Shown: positions 51,822 to 62,790 of the stretch, piece by piece
How positions within the stretch are numbered: the stretch's first letter is position 1
How the letters are laid out: each line of letters begins with the position of its first letter
Source of the DNA: Octopus vulgaris
Lineage: Eukaryota
Assembly (NCBI GenBank): GCA_951406725.2
Contig: OX597839.1
Location: 22,134,001-22,198,000 of the forward strand
DNA length: 64,000 nucleotides
Direction of reading: 5' to 3'
Program-made: the position numbers and the translations under genes
Notes under the pieces: model-generated
What the model saw: the letters and a program-made list of their open reading frames with translations, nothing else
What the model was told of the DNA's origin: nothing
The model's database searches: none

Positions 51822-52184
51822 ATTCAGCGGATCTATGATTAAAGACATTCCATTCATGACCATCCAGTTTTTACAAAGGTATCTAAGTTTATATTATCCA
51901 ATGCGTCCTTCCTATTTGAAGGCGGTAGAATGCGATTTTAGAGAGGTTTGTTTGCTATTCTAACGGGTTGAGCATCCGAATCAGGTGAATGATATTTTCT
52001 GCATTCAGCGGATCTATGATTAAAGACATTCCATTCATGACCATCCAGTCTTTACAAAGGTATCTAAGTTTATATTATCCAATGCGTCCTTCCTATTTGA
52101 AGGCGGTAGAATGCGATTTTAGAGAGGTTTGTTTGCTATTCTAACGGGTTGAGCATCCAAATCAGGTGAATGATATTTTCTGCA
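51822..52184. repeat. Tandem duplication of a ~181-bp unit
   Basis: attcagcggatctatgattaaagac...tgatattttctgc occurs twice head-to-tail with few mismatches. Confidence 0.9.
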
Positions 52185-52399
52185 TTTGGCACGAGGTCAG
52201 CGATTGGGAAGGAGGTAGGGGAACGGAGTTCAAATCCATTAAATCAACCTCGAAATACTTTATTTTATCGATCTCGAAAAGGTGAAAGAATGTTGTTGAC
52301 CTCGGCGGGACTTGAACTCAGAACGCAAAGAAAGGCCGGAAAGTATTTACACTGATGCTCTAACAATTCTGAGAGGGATAAAGAACTTTTGAAATCAGC

Positions 52400-52530
52400 G
52401 ACAGACAGACAGACAGGCAGACAGGCAGGCAGACAGACAGACAGAGACAGACAGACAGAGACAGACAGACAGAGACAGACAGACAGACAGACAGAGACAG
52501 ACAGACAGACAGAGACAGACAGAGACAGAC

Positions 52531-52575
<45 letters not shown>

Positions 52576-52740
52576 GACAGACAGACAGAGACAGACAGAC
52601 AGAGACAGACAGACAGAGACAGACAGACAGAGACAGACAGACAGAGACAGACAGACAGAGACAGACAGACAGACAGACAGAGACAGACAGACAGAGACAG
52701 AGTGAGTGAGTGAGTGAGTGAGTGAGTGAGAGAGAGAGAG
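52400..52740. repeat. (GACA)n/(GAGACA)n microsatellite
   Basis: Direct reading. Confidence 0.95.
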
Positions 52741-52761
52741 ATGTGATAATTTGTCACTTAC

Positions 52762-52843
52762 CAGGAAGACGTGACGTTATGTAAAGTTTGGTTCTACCGA
52801 TTCTAGAACCGACTGTTGTCACTGGAATCCCTCGACAGGAAAA
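52762..52843 (-). CDS. ZP-module protein exon (end of ZP-C, juxtamembrane region)
   Basis: Acceptor ctgttctcag, donor G|gtaagt. 82 bp, phase 0 to 1. Encodes [27 protein letters not shown], completing CDG-FSC. Confidence 0.85.
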
Positions 52844-53457
52844 CTGAGAACAGATTATAAATATAGATATAAAAAAAATATACATGTGTGTGTGTGTGTG
52901 TGTGTGTGTTATCTTTTACTTCTTCAAACATTAGACTGCGGCTATGTGGTGGTGGAAGAGAAACGCTTAAAGTGTCACGTGGTTGAGAACAAACTTACTG
53001 CATACTTACGCCTGCGCCTATACCGTTTTTTCGGTGGAACTCGAAGTAGATTAAGCTATATAATAGCATGTAGAATATTGAGTTAAAAATCCCTTGGATA
53101 GGGATTATATACACACACACACACACGCACACGGAGAGAGAGGAGGGAGAGAGAGGAGGGAGAGAGATAGGAGAGAGGAGAGGGAGAGAGATAGGAGAGA
53201 GGAGAGGGAGAGAGATAGGAGAGAGGAGAGGGGGAGAGAGGAGAGGGAGAGAGGAGAGGGAGAGAGGAGAGAGGAGAGAGAGAGAAAGAGAGAGAGGAGA
53301 GAAGAGAGAGAGGAGAGGGAGAGAGATAGGAGAGAGGAGAGGGAGAGAGAAAGGAGAGGGAGAGAGAAAGGAGAGGAGAGAGAGAGAAGAGGGAGAGAAA
53401 AAGGAGAGAGAGAGTATTCAGTTGAAAAGAAATTTCTTGAGAGAGAAAAGGTCTTAC

Positions 53458-53611
53458 CCCATCGCATTTGTCTTTACATAAACCGAACTGACATTCGATC
53501 TCCAACGGTGACTGACTTGAATGTAAAGGTAACTTGAATACTGGACTCCAGGATACATAACTGGCCACGTGGAAACCGGAGATCTTTGGAATAACAGTTC
53601 CATTGCCACAC
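53458..53611 (-). CDS. ZP-module protein exon (ZP-C core)
   Basis: Acceptor tcttcttcag, donor GGG|gtaaga. 154 bp, phase 2 to 0. Encodes CGNGTVIPKISGFHVASYVSWSPVFKLPLHSSQSPLEIECQFGLCKDKCDG, matching the GCGDG..FP...GF...SP.F...CxFxxC...CDG pattern I recall for molluscan VEZP/VERL ZP-C. Confidence 0.9.
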
Positions 53612-53705
53612 CTGAAGAAGACAGAAATACAGTTCGTTTCACATATATCGTTGCCTTAGTATAACATTGGGCTCACTGGTTTGATACACACACACACACA
53701 CACAT

Positions 53706-53882
53706 AGGTATTAAGTCGGTTACATCGACCCCAGTGTGTAACTGGTACTTAATTTATCGACCCCGAAAGGATGAGAGGCAAAGTCAACCTCGGCGGAATT
53801 TGAACTCACAACGTAACGCAGACGAAATACCGCAAAGCATTTCGCCCGGCGTGCTAACGTTTCTGCCAGCTCGTCGCCTTTT
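53706..53882 (-). mobile_element. SINE family B flanked by a ~70-bp direct duplication
   Basis: Family B consensus; 53633-53704 is duplicated at 53884-53953. Confidence 0.75.
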
Positions 53883-53950
53883 ATTCGTTTCACATATATC
53901 GTTGCCTTAGTATAAAAATGGGCTCACTGGTTTGATACACACACACACAC

Positions 53951-53985
<35 letters not shown>

Positions 53986-53993
<8 letters not shown>

Positions 53994-54449
53994 ATATTTC
54001 GGAATGGTCATTTTGCCAGTTTAGCCAATAAAAACACACGCACTATATATTTGGTGTTATTTATTTTTTTACATTAATCTTAATCTTATTTCGGCCAGAG
54101 TTCTTTCGTCACACTCCTGTGACCGCATCAGTGGTCCTTTGTTTTCTTCTTTCTTATTTGTGTCTCTCCTTACTAACCGTCAGCCATTTTGTATTTCTAT
54201 TGTATGTCTTCATTTGCGCATGCTTATATCTCTATGTGCGTCTATATTTATTTAGTGTGTGTATGTGGGGGATGGAGGGGGGTGTATGCACATAAGATTA
54301 AGATTAATGTAAAAAATAAATAACACCAAATATATAGTGCGTGTGTTTTTATTGGCTAAACTGGCAAAATGACCATTCCGAAATATAACAATATCTGTTT
54401 CAACACACGACTTCACATAAAAAAATCTTGCACAACAAATATTTAAACG

Positions 54450-54450
<1 letters not shown>
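53986..54450. mobile_element. Non-autonomous Penelope-like element (second family) with inverted arms
   Basis: ~103-bp inverted arms at 53986-54089 and 54292-54394, hammerhead-like motif at the inner edge of one arm, ~55-bp extension on one side, (TA)n on both flanks. Lies in an intron of the ZP gene. Confidence 0.55.
54095..54134 (-). ncRNA. Minimal hammerhead-like motif (variant core)
   Basis: Minus strand reads CCA-CTGATGCG-GTCACA ggag TGTGAC-GAAA-gaac-TC-TGG. Perfect 6-bp stem II; the A9 position deviates from consensus. Confidence 0.5.
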
Positions 54451-54504
<54 letters not shown>

Positions 54505-54816
54505 AATAGAGAGAATTAATCCCAGTCCTGGACTGACAATTTATTGACCCTAGAGGGGATGAAAGGCAAAGTCATCCTCGGCGTGATTTGAACGCAGAGC
54601 ACAGTGAATCGGAATGAATAATGTTGCGAGTCATTCTATTCGACGCCCCGAAGACTCCATTAGTTCGCCGTCTTCACACGTGAAATACCTTTAATCATAG
54701 ATCTATTTCAATGATATTTGGGACCAAACAAAAACCCGAGGAGGTCTTGAAGCCGCAAAGGGCACCCAAGAAACACAACCGTGAACGTGCTTAAGTATGA
54801 AAACGGTGAAGCTTAC

Positions 54817-54901
54817 CCATTATTGAGAATGACGATTTTTGATCGTCTGTAATGTGCTAAACACCAGACAGGAGTTATTCCTTTCGCAGTAGTCTGAGTA
54901 T
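54817..54901 (-). CDS. ZP-module protein exon (ZP-C)
   Basis: Acceptor acctttcag, donor GG|gtaagc. 85 bp, phase 1 to 2. Encodes TQTTAKGITPVWCLAHYRRSKIVILNNG and splices in frame to give ILNNGCGNG. Absent from the ORF track. Confidence 0.85.
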
Positions 54902-55324
54902 CTGAAAGGTATTTTAAAATTGAAAATAAGTAAGGAAGAAGAAAATATTAAAAGGTGATTGACATCACAAAAATCAGATTATTTCCCTTTTGCTTAACTT
55001 TTCCAAATTTAAACTTGGAATTTGTGGGTTTCAAACTGAATATTATTCAAAATTATTTTAGATTATTTTCTTTTGAGTCGTTTTTTTTTTTTTGTTTGAT
55101 CAATTTAGATCAATACACAAAGGTGGTGCACCGAGACATTCTCTGTGGATATGAGACCTTTTCTAAATTTTCTTTCAAATTTAATAAATTTTTGGTCTTT
55201 GGGCAGTTGATGGCTTTTAAGCGAGTATTTTGTATCACCATTTTAGTTTTTGCTTACACAAACATTGAGAGTGATGGAAATTAGGGGAATTCAAGGAGAT
55301 ATTTTTATATATACGATATATAAT

Positions 55325-55738
55325 AGACGCAGGAGTGGCTGTGTGGTAAGTAGCTTGCTAACCAACCACATGGTTCCGGGTTCAGTCCCACTGCGTGGCA
55401 TCTTGGGCAAATGTCTTCTGCTATAGTCCCGGGCCGACCAATGCCTTGTGAGTGGATTTGGTAGACGGAAACTGAAAGAAGCCTGTCGTATATATGTATA
55501 TATATGTATATGTATGTGTGTATGTGTTTGTGTGTCCGTGTTTGTCTCCCTAGCATTGCTTGACAACCGATGCTGGTGTCTTTACGTCCCCGTCACTTAG
55601 CGGTTCGGCAACAGAGACCGATAGAATAAGTACTAGGCTTACAAAAGAATAAGTCCCGGGGTCGATTTGCTCGACTAAAGGCGGTGCTCCAGCATAGCCG
55701 CAGTCAAATGACTGAAACAAGTAAAAGAGTAAAGAGTA
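55325..55738 (+). mobile_element. SINE family A, full length (intronic)
   Basis: Same consensus. Confidence 0.85.
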
Positions 55739-56429
55739 TACAAGTAGGTTATAGGAAATGTAAATAACGGTAGACCATTAAAAAAGTTGCTGTTTTCTGA
55801 TTGTTCGATGGTTGCCTCTCCTGGTATAAATTGAGCCGAGTTGGTAAATGGTCTCGGGTTCACCACATTAAATGTTTTCGCGTTTCATTTTCTCTTGACT
55901 GGTGATTAGTTTGCTAAGGTCAAGCTATGACACCAACAAAGAAAAACTGGTTAGAAATGGAAAAATTCTTTAATGCTTGGTAATAGAACTCGTTTCTTTC
56001 CATTTCGAGCATTATTACATTGACTGCGCGAAACCACAAGAGAACGGGTATAGAGCGAGTGAATGGATGTAATTTCGAATTATTCGGGTCAGCCAGCCCC
56101 CCAACCAAGCTCCTATTAGATTATGGAGCAACGTTAGCTACGATAAAACATATAGGCAGATGATTTCATTTGAAATATAATCACCGAATCGTTAATCTCC
56201 ATATCTAAATATTTAATCAGTTAATACAAAACTGAAATTAATGATAAGATACTAAAATAGGCGCCAGGATTTGAGGAATAGGAATTTGCCAAGAGTAAGT
56301 CTCAGGAAATCACAGAACATTTCTTCCCTATGTATATACAGGTCTTGCAATAATTCTTTCGAGGCCTGGATATACGCAATAACTCTTTTTACTTTTGGAA
56401 AAAGAGTCTGAAATTGTTTTAGGAGATGG

Positions 56430-56960
56430 GACTATTCAGTTACATCAACCCCAGTGTGTAACTGGTACTTATTTTATTGATTCCAAAAAGATGAAAGGCG
56501 AAGCCAACCTCGACGGAGTTTGAACTCAGAACGTTGTGGCAGACGAAATACCTATTTCTTTACTACACCCACAAGGGGCTAAACACAGAGAGGACAAACA
56601 AAGACAGACAAACGGATTAAGTCGATTATATCGACACCAGTGCGTAACTGGTACTTATTTAATCGACTCCGAAAGGATGAAAGGCAAAGTCGATCTCGGC
56701 GGAATTTGAACTCAGAACGTAGCGATATATATCTATTTCTTTACTACCCACAAGGGGCTAAACACAGAGGGGACAAACAAGGACAGACAAACGGATTAAG
56801 CCGATTATATCGACCCCAGTGCGTAACTGGTACTTATTTAATCGACTCCGAAAGGATGAAAGGCAAAGTCGACCTCGGCGGAATCTGAACTCAGAACGTA
56901 GCGATGAATATCGCCAAGCATTTCGTCTAGCGTACTTAATGATTCTGCCAGCTCGCTGCC

Positions 56961-56962
<2 letters not shown>
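56430..56962 (-). mobile_element. Tandem/nested array of family B SINEs
   Basis: Two near-identical ~180-bp units (about 56551-56722 and 56730-56902) plus an older partial copy. Confidence 0.75.
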
Positions 56963-57008
<46 letters not shown>

Positions 57009-57222
57009 GTTTCAGATTTTACCACAAGAGCAGCAATTTTGGGGAAGAGGATGAGTCGATAACATCGACCCCCAATATTCAACTGATATTTATTTTATCA
57101 ACCCCGAAATGATGAAAGGCAAAAACATCTTTAGCGGGATTTGTACTCAGAACGAAAAACCTAGAACTACTACTTCATGGCATTTTTCGACGCTCTGACA
57201 ACCCACCACCTTCACGTATGCG

Positions 57223-57256
<34 letters not shown>

Positions 57257-57345
57257 TTCGGCTGAAATGTTCTAACCATTCTGCCAATTTGGCGCTTAAT
57301 AAAACTGAAACAACAAATAAATACAATGAATATGTGATACTTAAC

Positions 57346-57521
57346 TGGTTAGCATGGCTGACAAAGTAATTAGGGCCCAGTTTCCCTCCACTTCGTAATG
57401 TGCAGACAATATTATTGGCACCGGCTCAGTTCCAAATGAAGCGTCATCCATCCAAAGAATTTCCTCTTCGGTTTTTGATTGGTTGAAGAAATAGGAACTA
57501 TTTTGCCCGGATTGTGTTTTT
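57346..57521 (-). CDS. ZP-module protein exon (interdomain linker / start of ZP-C)
   Basis: Acceptor tttttaattag, weaker donor A|gttaag. 176 bp, phase 2 to 1. Encodes KTQSGQNSSYFFNQSKTEEEILWMDDASFGTEPVPIILSAHYEVEGNWALITLSAMLT; phases match both neighbouring exons. Confidence 0.75.
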
Positions 57522-58092
57522 CTAATTAAAAAAAAAAACATTAAAAAAATATTTGTTTCTCGCGTGGGCACAAGGCCAGAACATTAAGGGGGAGGGGAAG
57601 GGTTAGTTGATTAAACTGACCCCAGAAATAGACGGGTATTTTATTTCATCGATCCCAGAAAGATCAAAAGCAGACATGACCTAGACGGGATTCGAACTCA
57701 GAACGTAAGGATCCGCGAGAAATACAAAGCATTTAGTCTGACACCCTAACAATTCTGTTACTGTTCTCTTTTCGATAAATCCTTCCCTAGTAGGCTTTTG
57801 TGTTTAAATCTACAGCCGTATTGGAACTGGCGGTTGTTTTAGGGTATCAAAAATGCGGAACACGTCAGATAACAGCTGATGAAGGGATTTTGTGTCCCTT
57901 TATGCTCCTATGTCTTATAGGACTCACTCTTTGTGCTTATGTGTATGTGTGTGTGTGTGTGTGTGTGCGTGCGCGCGCTTAGGGTCGTCGTGTCTGTGGA
58001 GTACTCATCCATTTACATGTTAATTTCACGAGCAGGCTGTTCCGTTGATTGGATCAACTAGAACCCTTGTTATAACCGACGGGGTGCCTGTT

Positions 58093-58592
58093 ACACACAC
58101 CCCAGGCATTCCATTCATTTCCCGGTTCAAAGAGGCAAGCCCCGTCCTATGCTCGGGACAAGGCATAGAAAGCAAACCTCCGATATCAGCAACAGGCCCC
58201 GACAGCATATGCTGGCTTACCCCTGCCACATCTTGCTGGTTCTCTTTGAGCAACATCAAAATTCACCCATCCGTCCACAAACACTCTCCAAGCTTTCCTA
58301 TCATTTATAAACTCTCTTGTCTCTCTCACTCCAGCACTTCTGACCACCAAAGCTTTTCTCGCTCCATCCATCTACACAAACCAAGGTCTGCCTCTGGTTC
58401 TGCTGCCTACCACTTCAGCCTTCATCACTCCTCCTTACCATCCACTCCACGTGGCCAAACCACCTCAACATTTGTCTATCCATTCTGGTGCATAGATTTT
58501 CTCATTCCTGCTCGTCTTCGCACCTCATTCTTCATCCTGTCCATCCGTGTCACTCCAACCATAGCCCTCAAACATCTCATCTCAAACACTTG
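58093..58592 (-). mobile_element. Decayed RTE-like LINE 3' end
   Basis: Minus strand reads VFEMRCLRAMVGVTRMDRMKNEVRRR and DRKAWRVFV, with stops and frameshifts. Confidence 0.65.
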
Positions 58593-59004
58593 TCGTCATA
58601 ACCGACGAAGCGCCAATTACACACACACACTTTTATTTTTTAGTTACATACACACATTTTTTTTATTTACAAATACATACATAGGACGTCCCAAACCGGG
58701 CGAGATGGTGTGAGGGCAGTTGCTATGGCATTGAGGTAGATCCGGCCATCCCCGTTAATGGAGACAAAACCCGGATTTAAAACACTGGATGACGATGAGA
58801 CACACGTTTTTTTTTAATTTACATACACACAGTTTAATGTTTTTATTTCCATAGACCGACAGGTGGAGCTGATGTATAGCAGGACACATTTTTTTTCAAA
58901 ACACTTCCATTAAGTTTCTTTGCTTTTTCCAGTTTTTTTGCAGTTGGTCAAAATCAATTCCATTAATCGAAGTTTTACAATAACAGTTCGAACTCTAACA
59001 GGGT

Positions 59005-59362
59005 ATTTTTTTTTTTTTACTTGTTTCAGTCATTTGACTGCGGCCATGCTGGCGCACCGCCTTTAATCGAGCAACTCGACCCCGGGACTTATTCTTTGTA
59101 AGCCCAGTACTTATTCTATCGGTCTCTTTTGCCGAACCGCTAAGTGACGGGTACATAAACACACCAGCATCGGTTGTCAAACAATGCTAGGGGGACAAAC
59201 ACAGACACACGCACATACATATATATATACATATATACGACGGGCTTCTTTCAGTTTCCGTGTACCAAATCCACTCACAAGGCTTTGGTCGGCCCGAGGC
59301 TATAGCAGAAGACACTTGCCCAAGATGCCAAGATACTTACCACACAGCCACTCCTGCGCCTA
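59005..59362 (-). mobile_element. SINE family A with a deletion in the head (intronic)
   Basis: Same consensus; B-box segment missing. Confidence 0.8.
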
Positions 59363-59492
59363 TGTATCTGTACAGTTACAAACTTAATATTTTTTTTTGA
59401 CGAAAACAACGATTTTAAGGGTTTTAAGGAAATAAACAAAGCAGCCAAAATATTTGAAAAGGATGAAATACAATAAAAAGTTGTGAACTGAC

Positions 59493-59638
59493 CTATTTGT
59501 GGGCGAATCATCGATAGTGACAGAGTTTGTCAGCTGCGGAGATGGACAGGTGACATTGAGGACCTGAGACTGACCAGTAAGGGCCGTGCCCTCCGATGGC
59601 ACAATTATTTCAATTTGATAACCGCCTGTTGTTTGGAG
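59493..59638 (-). CDS. ZP-module protein exon (ZP-N, part 2)
   Basis: Acceptor cctttcctttag, donor AG|gtcagt. 146 bp, phase 0 to 2. Encodes LQTTGGYQIEIIVPSEGTALTGQSQVLNVTCPSPQLTNSVTIDDSPTN, with the conserved Tyr and the fourth ZP-N Cys (VTC). Confidence 0.85.
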
Positions 59639-59694
59639 CTAAAGGAAAGGATAGACAAGGAACAGAGTCAGTGAAACACGGGAGTGGATGGGAG

Positions 59695-60522
59695 GGAGGG
59701 AAAGAGAGAGAGAGGAAGAAAGAGAGACGGGGAAAGAGAGAGACAAAGAGAGTGAGAGACGGGGAAAGAGACAGAGAGAGAGACGGGGAAAGAGAGAGAG
59801 AGAGACGGGGAAAGAGAGAGAGAGACGGGGAGAGAGAAAGAGAGACGGGGAAAGAGAGAGAGAGAGAGACGGGGAAAGAGAGAGAGAGAGACGGGGAGAG
59901 AGAGAGAGAGAGACGGGGAGAGAGAGACGGGGAAAGAGAGAGAGAGAGAGACGGGGAAAGAGAGAGAGAGAGACGGGGAAAGAGAGAGAGAGAGAGGGGG
60001 GGAAAGAGAGAGAGAGAGACGGGGAAAGAGAGAGAGAGAGACGGGGAGAGAGAGAGAGACGGGGAAAGAGAAAGAGAGACGGGGAAAGAGAGAAAGAGAG
60101 ACGGGGAAAGAGAAAGAGAGACGGGGAAAGAGAAAGAGAGACGGGGAAAGAGAGAGAGAGAGACGGGGAAAGAGAGAGAGAGAGAGGGGGAAGAGAGAGA
60201 GAGAGAGATGGGGAAAGAGAGAGAGAGAGAGGGAGAGAGAGAGAGAGAGAGATGGGGAAAGAGAGAGAGAGAGACGGGGAAGAGAGAGAGAGAGACGGGG
60301 AAAGAGAGAGAGAGAGACGGGGAAAGAGAGAGAGAGAGACGGGGAGAGAGAGAGAGACGGGGAAAGAGAAAGAGAGACGGGGAAAGAGAAAGAGAGACGG
60401 GGAAAGAGAGAGAGAGAGACGGGGAAAGAGAGAGAGACGGGAAAGAGAAAGAGAGACGGGGAAAGAGAGAGAGAGACGGGGAAAGAGAGAGAGAGAGAGA
60501 TGGGGAAAGAGAGAGAGAGATG

Positions 60523-60583
<61 letters not shown>

Positions 60584-61025
60584 GGGGAGAGAGAGAGAGA
60601 GACGGGGATAGAGAAAGAGAGAGACGGGGATAGAGAAAGAGAGAGACGGGGAAAGAGAAAGAGAGAGACGGGGAAAGAGAGAGAGACGGCAAAGAGAGGG
60701 CGCGTAAGAGAGGGAGAGAGAGAGAAAAGGGGGAGAGAGAGCCGGAGAAGAGGGAGAGAGAGTGTGTGTGAGAGAGAGACGGAGGAAGAGAAAGAGAGAG
60801 ACGGGGAAAGAGAGAGAGAGAGACGGGGAAAGAGAGAGAGAGACGGGGAAAGAGAGAGAGAGAGACGGGGAAAGAGAGAGAGAGAGACGGGAAAGAGAGA
60901 GAGAGAGACGGGAAAGAGAGGGCGCGTAAGAGAGGGGGAGAGAGAGAGAAGAGAGGGAGAGAGAGAGAAAAGGGAGAGAGAGAGCCGGAGAAGAGGGGAG
61001 AGAGAGAGAGAGAGCCGGAGAAGAG

Positions 61026-61085
<60 letters not shown>
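59695..61085. repeat. 1.4-kb polypurine (GA)n / gagacggggaaa minisatellite
   Basis: Direct reading; fills almost the whole intron 59639-61111. Confidence 0.95.
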
Positions 61086-61087
<2 letters not shown>

Positions 61088-61111
61088 GTTGAAGCGTGAA
61101 GCTCTATCTAC

Positions 61112-61299
61112 CATTGCAATACAGGAACGTCTCCAGTTTCCATTCAACTGGAACTGCAAACGGTAAACAGCGATCGCTATTTCATCAAAATAATGCTCAT
61201 GTTGGTGCCGACACGACGCGAAGGGATGGGTCCTTATATGGTCAGCGAGAATAATTATGTCCCCTTGTTCGGTAAAGGTTTCAGGACACGACTTGGTCA
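61112..61299 (-). CDS. ZP-module (VEZP/VERL-like) membrane protein, first identified exon (ZP-N, part 1)
   Basis: Acceptor ttattttgtag, donor ATG|gtagat. 188 bp, phase 1 to 0. Encodes TKSCPETFTEQGDIIILADHIRTHPFASCRHQHEHYFDEIAIAVYRLQFQLNGNWRRSCIAM, with three of the four ZP-N cysteines. Confidence 0.8.
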
Positions 61300-62259
61300 C
61301 TACAAAATAAAACACAATAAGGCAGGATATTTTAATTGAATTCAACTAATTATATAATAATTAGCAGAAATGAAACTAGAAGAATTAGAGACGGACAGAT
61401 GGGCAACGCGAATGGTTAGAATAGGTTGGCAAAAATTCGAAAAGCCAGGGACAAAATGTGAACACACACAAATAATAATCCTTTTTGCTCAAGGCACAAG
61501 GTCTGAAGTTTTGGGGGACCGGGGGACGAGTCGATTACATCGACCCCCAGTGTTTCACTGGTACTTATTTCATTGACCTTCGAAAGGATGAAAGGCAAAG
61601 ACCACCTCGGTGGAATTTGAACTCAGAACTTAAAGTCGGACGAAATGCCATTAAGCATTTCGTCCGGCACGCTAATGATTCTGCTAGCTCACAGCCTTAA
61701 TAATAATTCTTTCTACTGGAAGCACAAGGCCTCAAATTTGGGAGAAGGGATTAGGTTGATTACGTCGCTCCAGTGCGTAACTGATACTTAAATTTATCGA
61801 TCCTGAAAGGATGAAAGGCGAAATCGACCTCGACGGAATTTGAACTCAGAACGTAAGGACGGACGAAATGCCGTTGAGCATTTTGCCCGGTGTGCTAACG
61901 ATTCTGCCAGAAATGAGGGCACGCCGAAAAATGGAATGGAAGTAGAATTACGTTTCGGGGTGAAACCCTTTATCAAAATTAGAGTAAAAAGCAAGTTAAA
62001 AGAAATGAGATAAGAAGTAATACCTATCTAAAGCACGTGTGTAACCTTCTTCTGCATGCTGTATATGTACACCCCCCAAAAAAAAATTCACGTTATATAA
62101 CTTATGGAACGTTGTCTCCTTTCCACCCTCTACAGCAATGTATTTCTTGTGGGGCCCGGGGGCGGCGGCAAATGGAAGGGCCGCTCCGGGCGGCACAGAC
62201 TGTAGCTAGTGTTTGCGAGGCATTCATTGCTGATTTGCTGTTATTGCAATAGGAGACCC

Positions 62260-62790
62260 AATTGCTCTGACCCCATTGGAGGGGGTTAATTAAGTCAATG
62301 GAGGTTTAGTGTGCGGTGTTTAGTTTGCATGTAGGTCAGGTTTCAGTAGGAAGTTTGGGATGATGATGATGGAGGGGGGATGGCCATCAGGTCCAAGATG
62401 TTTAAGAGGAACGACTAAAATGCAGGAACGTCTTTTATTCAGTTTCTCGTCCTTGTCTCTCGAGGTGAGTGATGGAGGAGAGAAAGTCTGCAGAGAGTTT
62501 GGGTTTTAAGAAGGCCTTCCTTTAACGGCGATTAAGGAGCGAGAAGGATGATGTTGTTAAGGACCGTCTCATTCACATTTGAGATGTTGGAAGGGTGTAT
62601 GTTTGGATGACAGCTAACAGGGTCAGGAGATGTTCTTGGAGATGGGACTCGCTAAAGCGGGCGTTCAAATTTCGGGAGAGGTCTTTGGAGAGGGAGAGAG
62701 GGAGGAGAGTGGGAGAGAGAGGAGGAGGAGAGAAGGGGAAAGAGGAGAGGGAGGAATTGTGTGTGGTGAAGAGGGCTGCATTTTGTTTTG
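62260..62790 (-). mobile_element. Decayed Penelope-like GIY-YIG fragment
   Basis: Minus-strand remnants such as RNLNARFSESHL (R.L..RF.EH-like), interrupted by (GA)n. Confidence 0.35.

Noticed and set aside
53454-53642. Alternative open frame (GVAMELLFQRSP...) or an LDLa reading of CQFGLC..CDG
   Set aside because: Only the phase-2 frame joins the upstream GG donor to form GCGNG and fits the ZP-C cysteine pattern.
57870-57905. CTGATGA followed by a hairpin (aggga...tccct)
   Set aside because: No GAAA or stem III follows, so the hammerhead is incomplete. Motifs near 15645-15710, 20880-20960 and 26858-26895 fail similarly.
59596-61099. Long ER-rich and SL-rich ORFs (199-568 aa)
   Set aside because: Stop-free translations of the GA microsatellite; the same applies to 44792-45744, 40908-41622, 29382-30094, 13332-13760 and similar ORFs.
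61300-61345. MNSIKISCLIVFYFVV as an N-terminal signal peptide
   Set aside because: It starts at TTG directly after a TAG stop and is the translated pyrimidine tract and acceptor of the intron.
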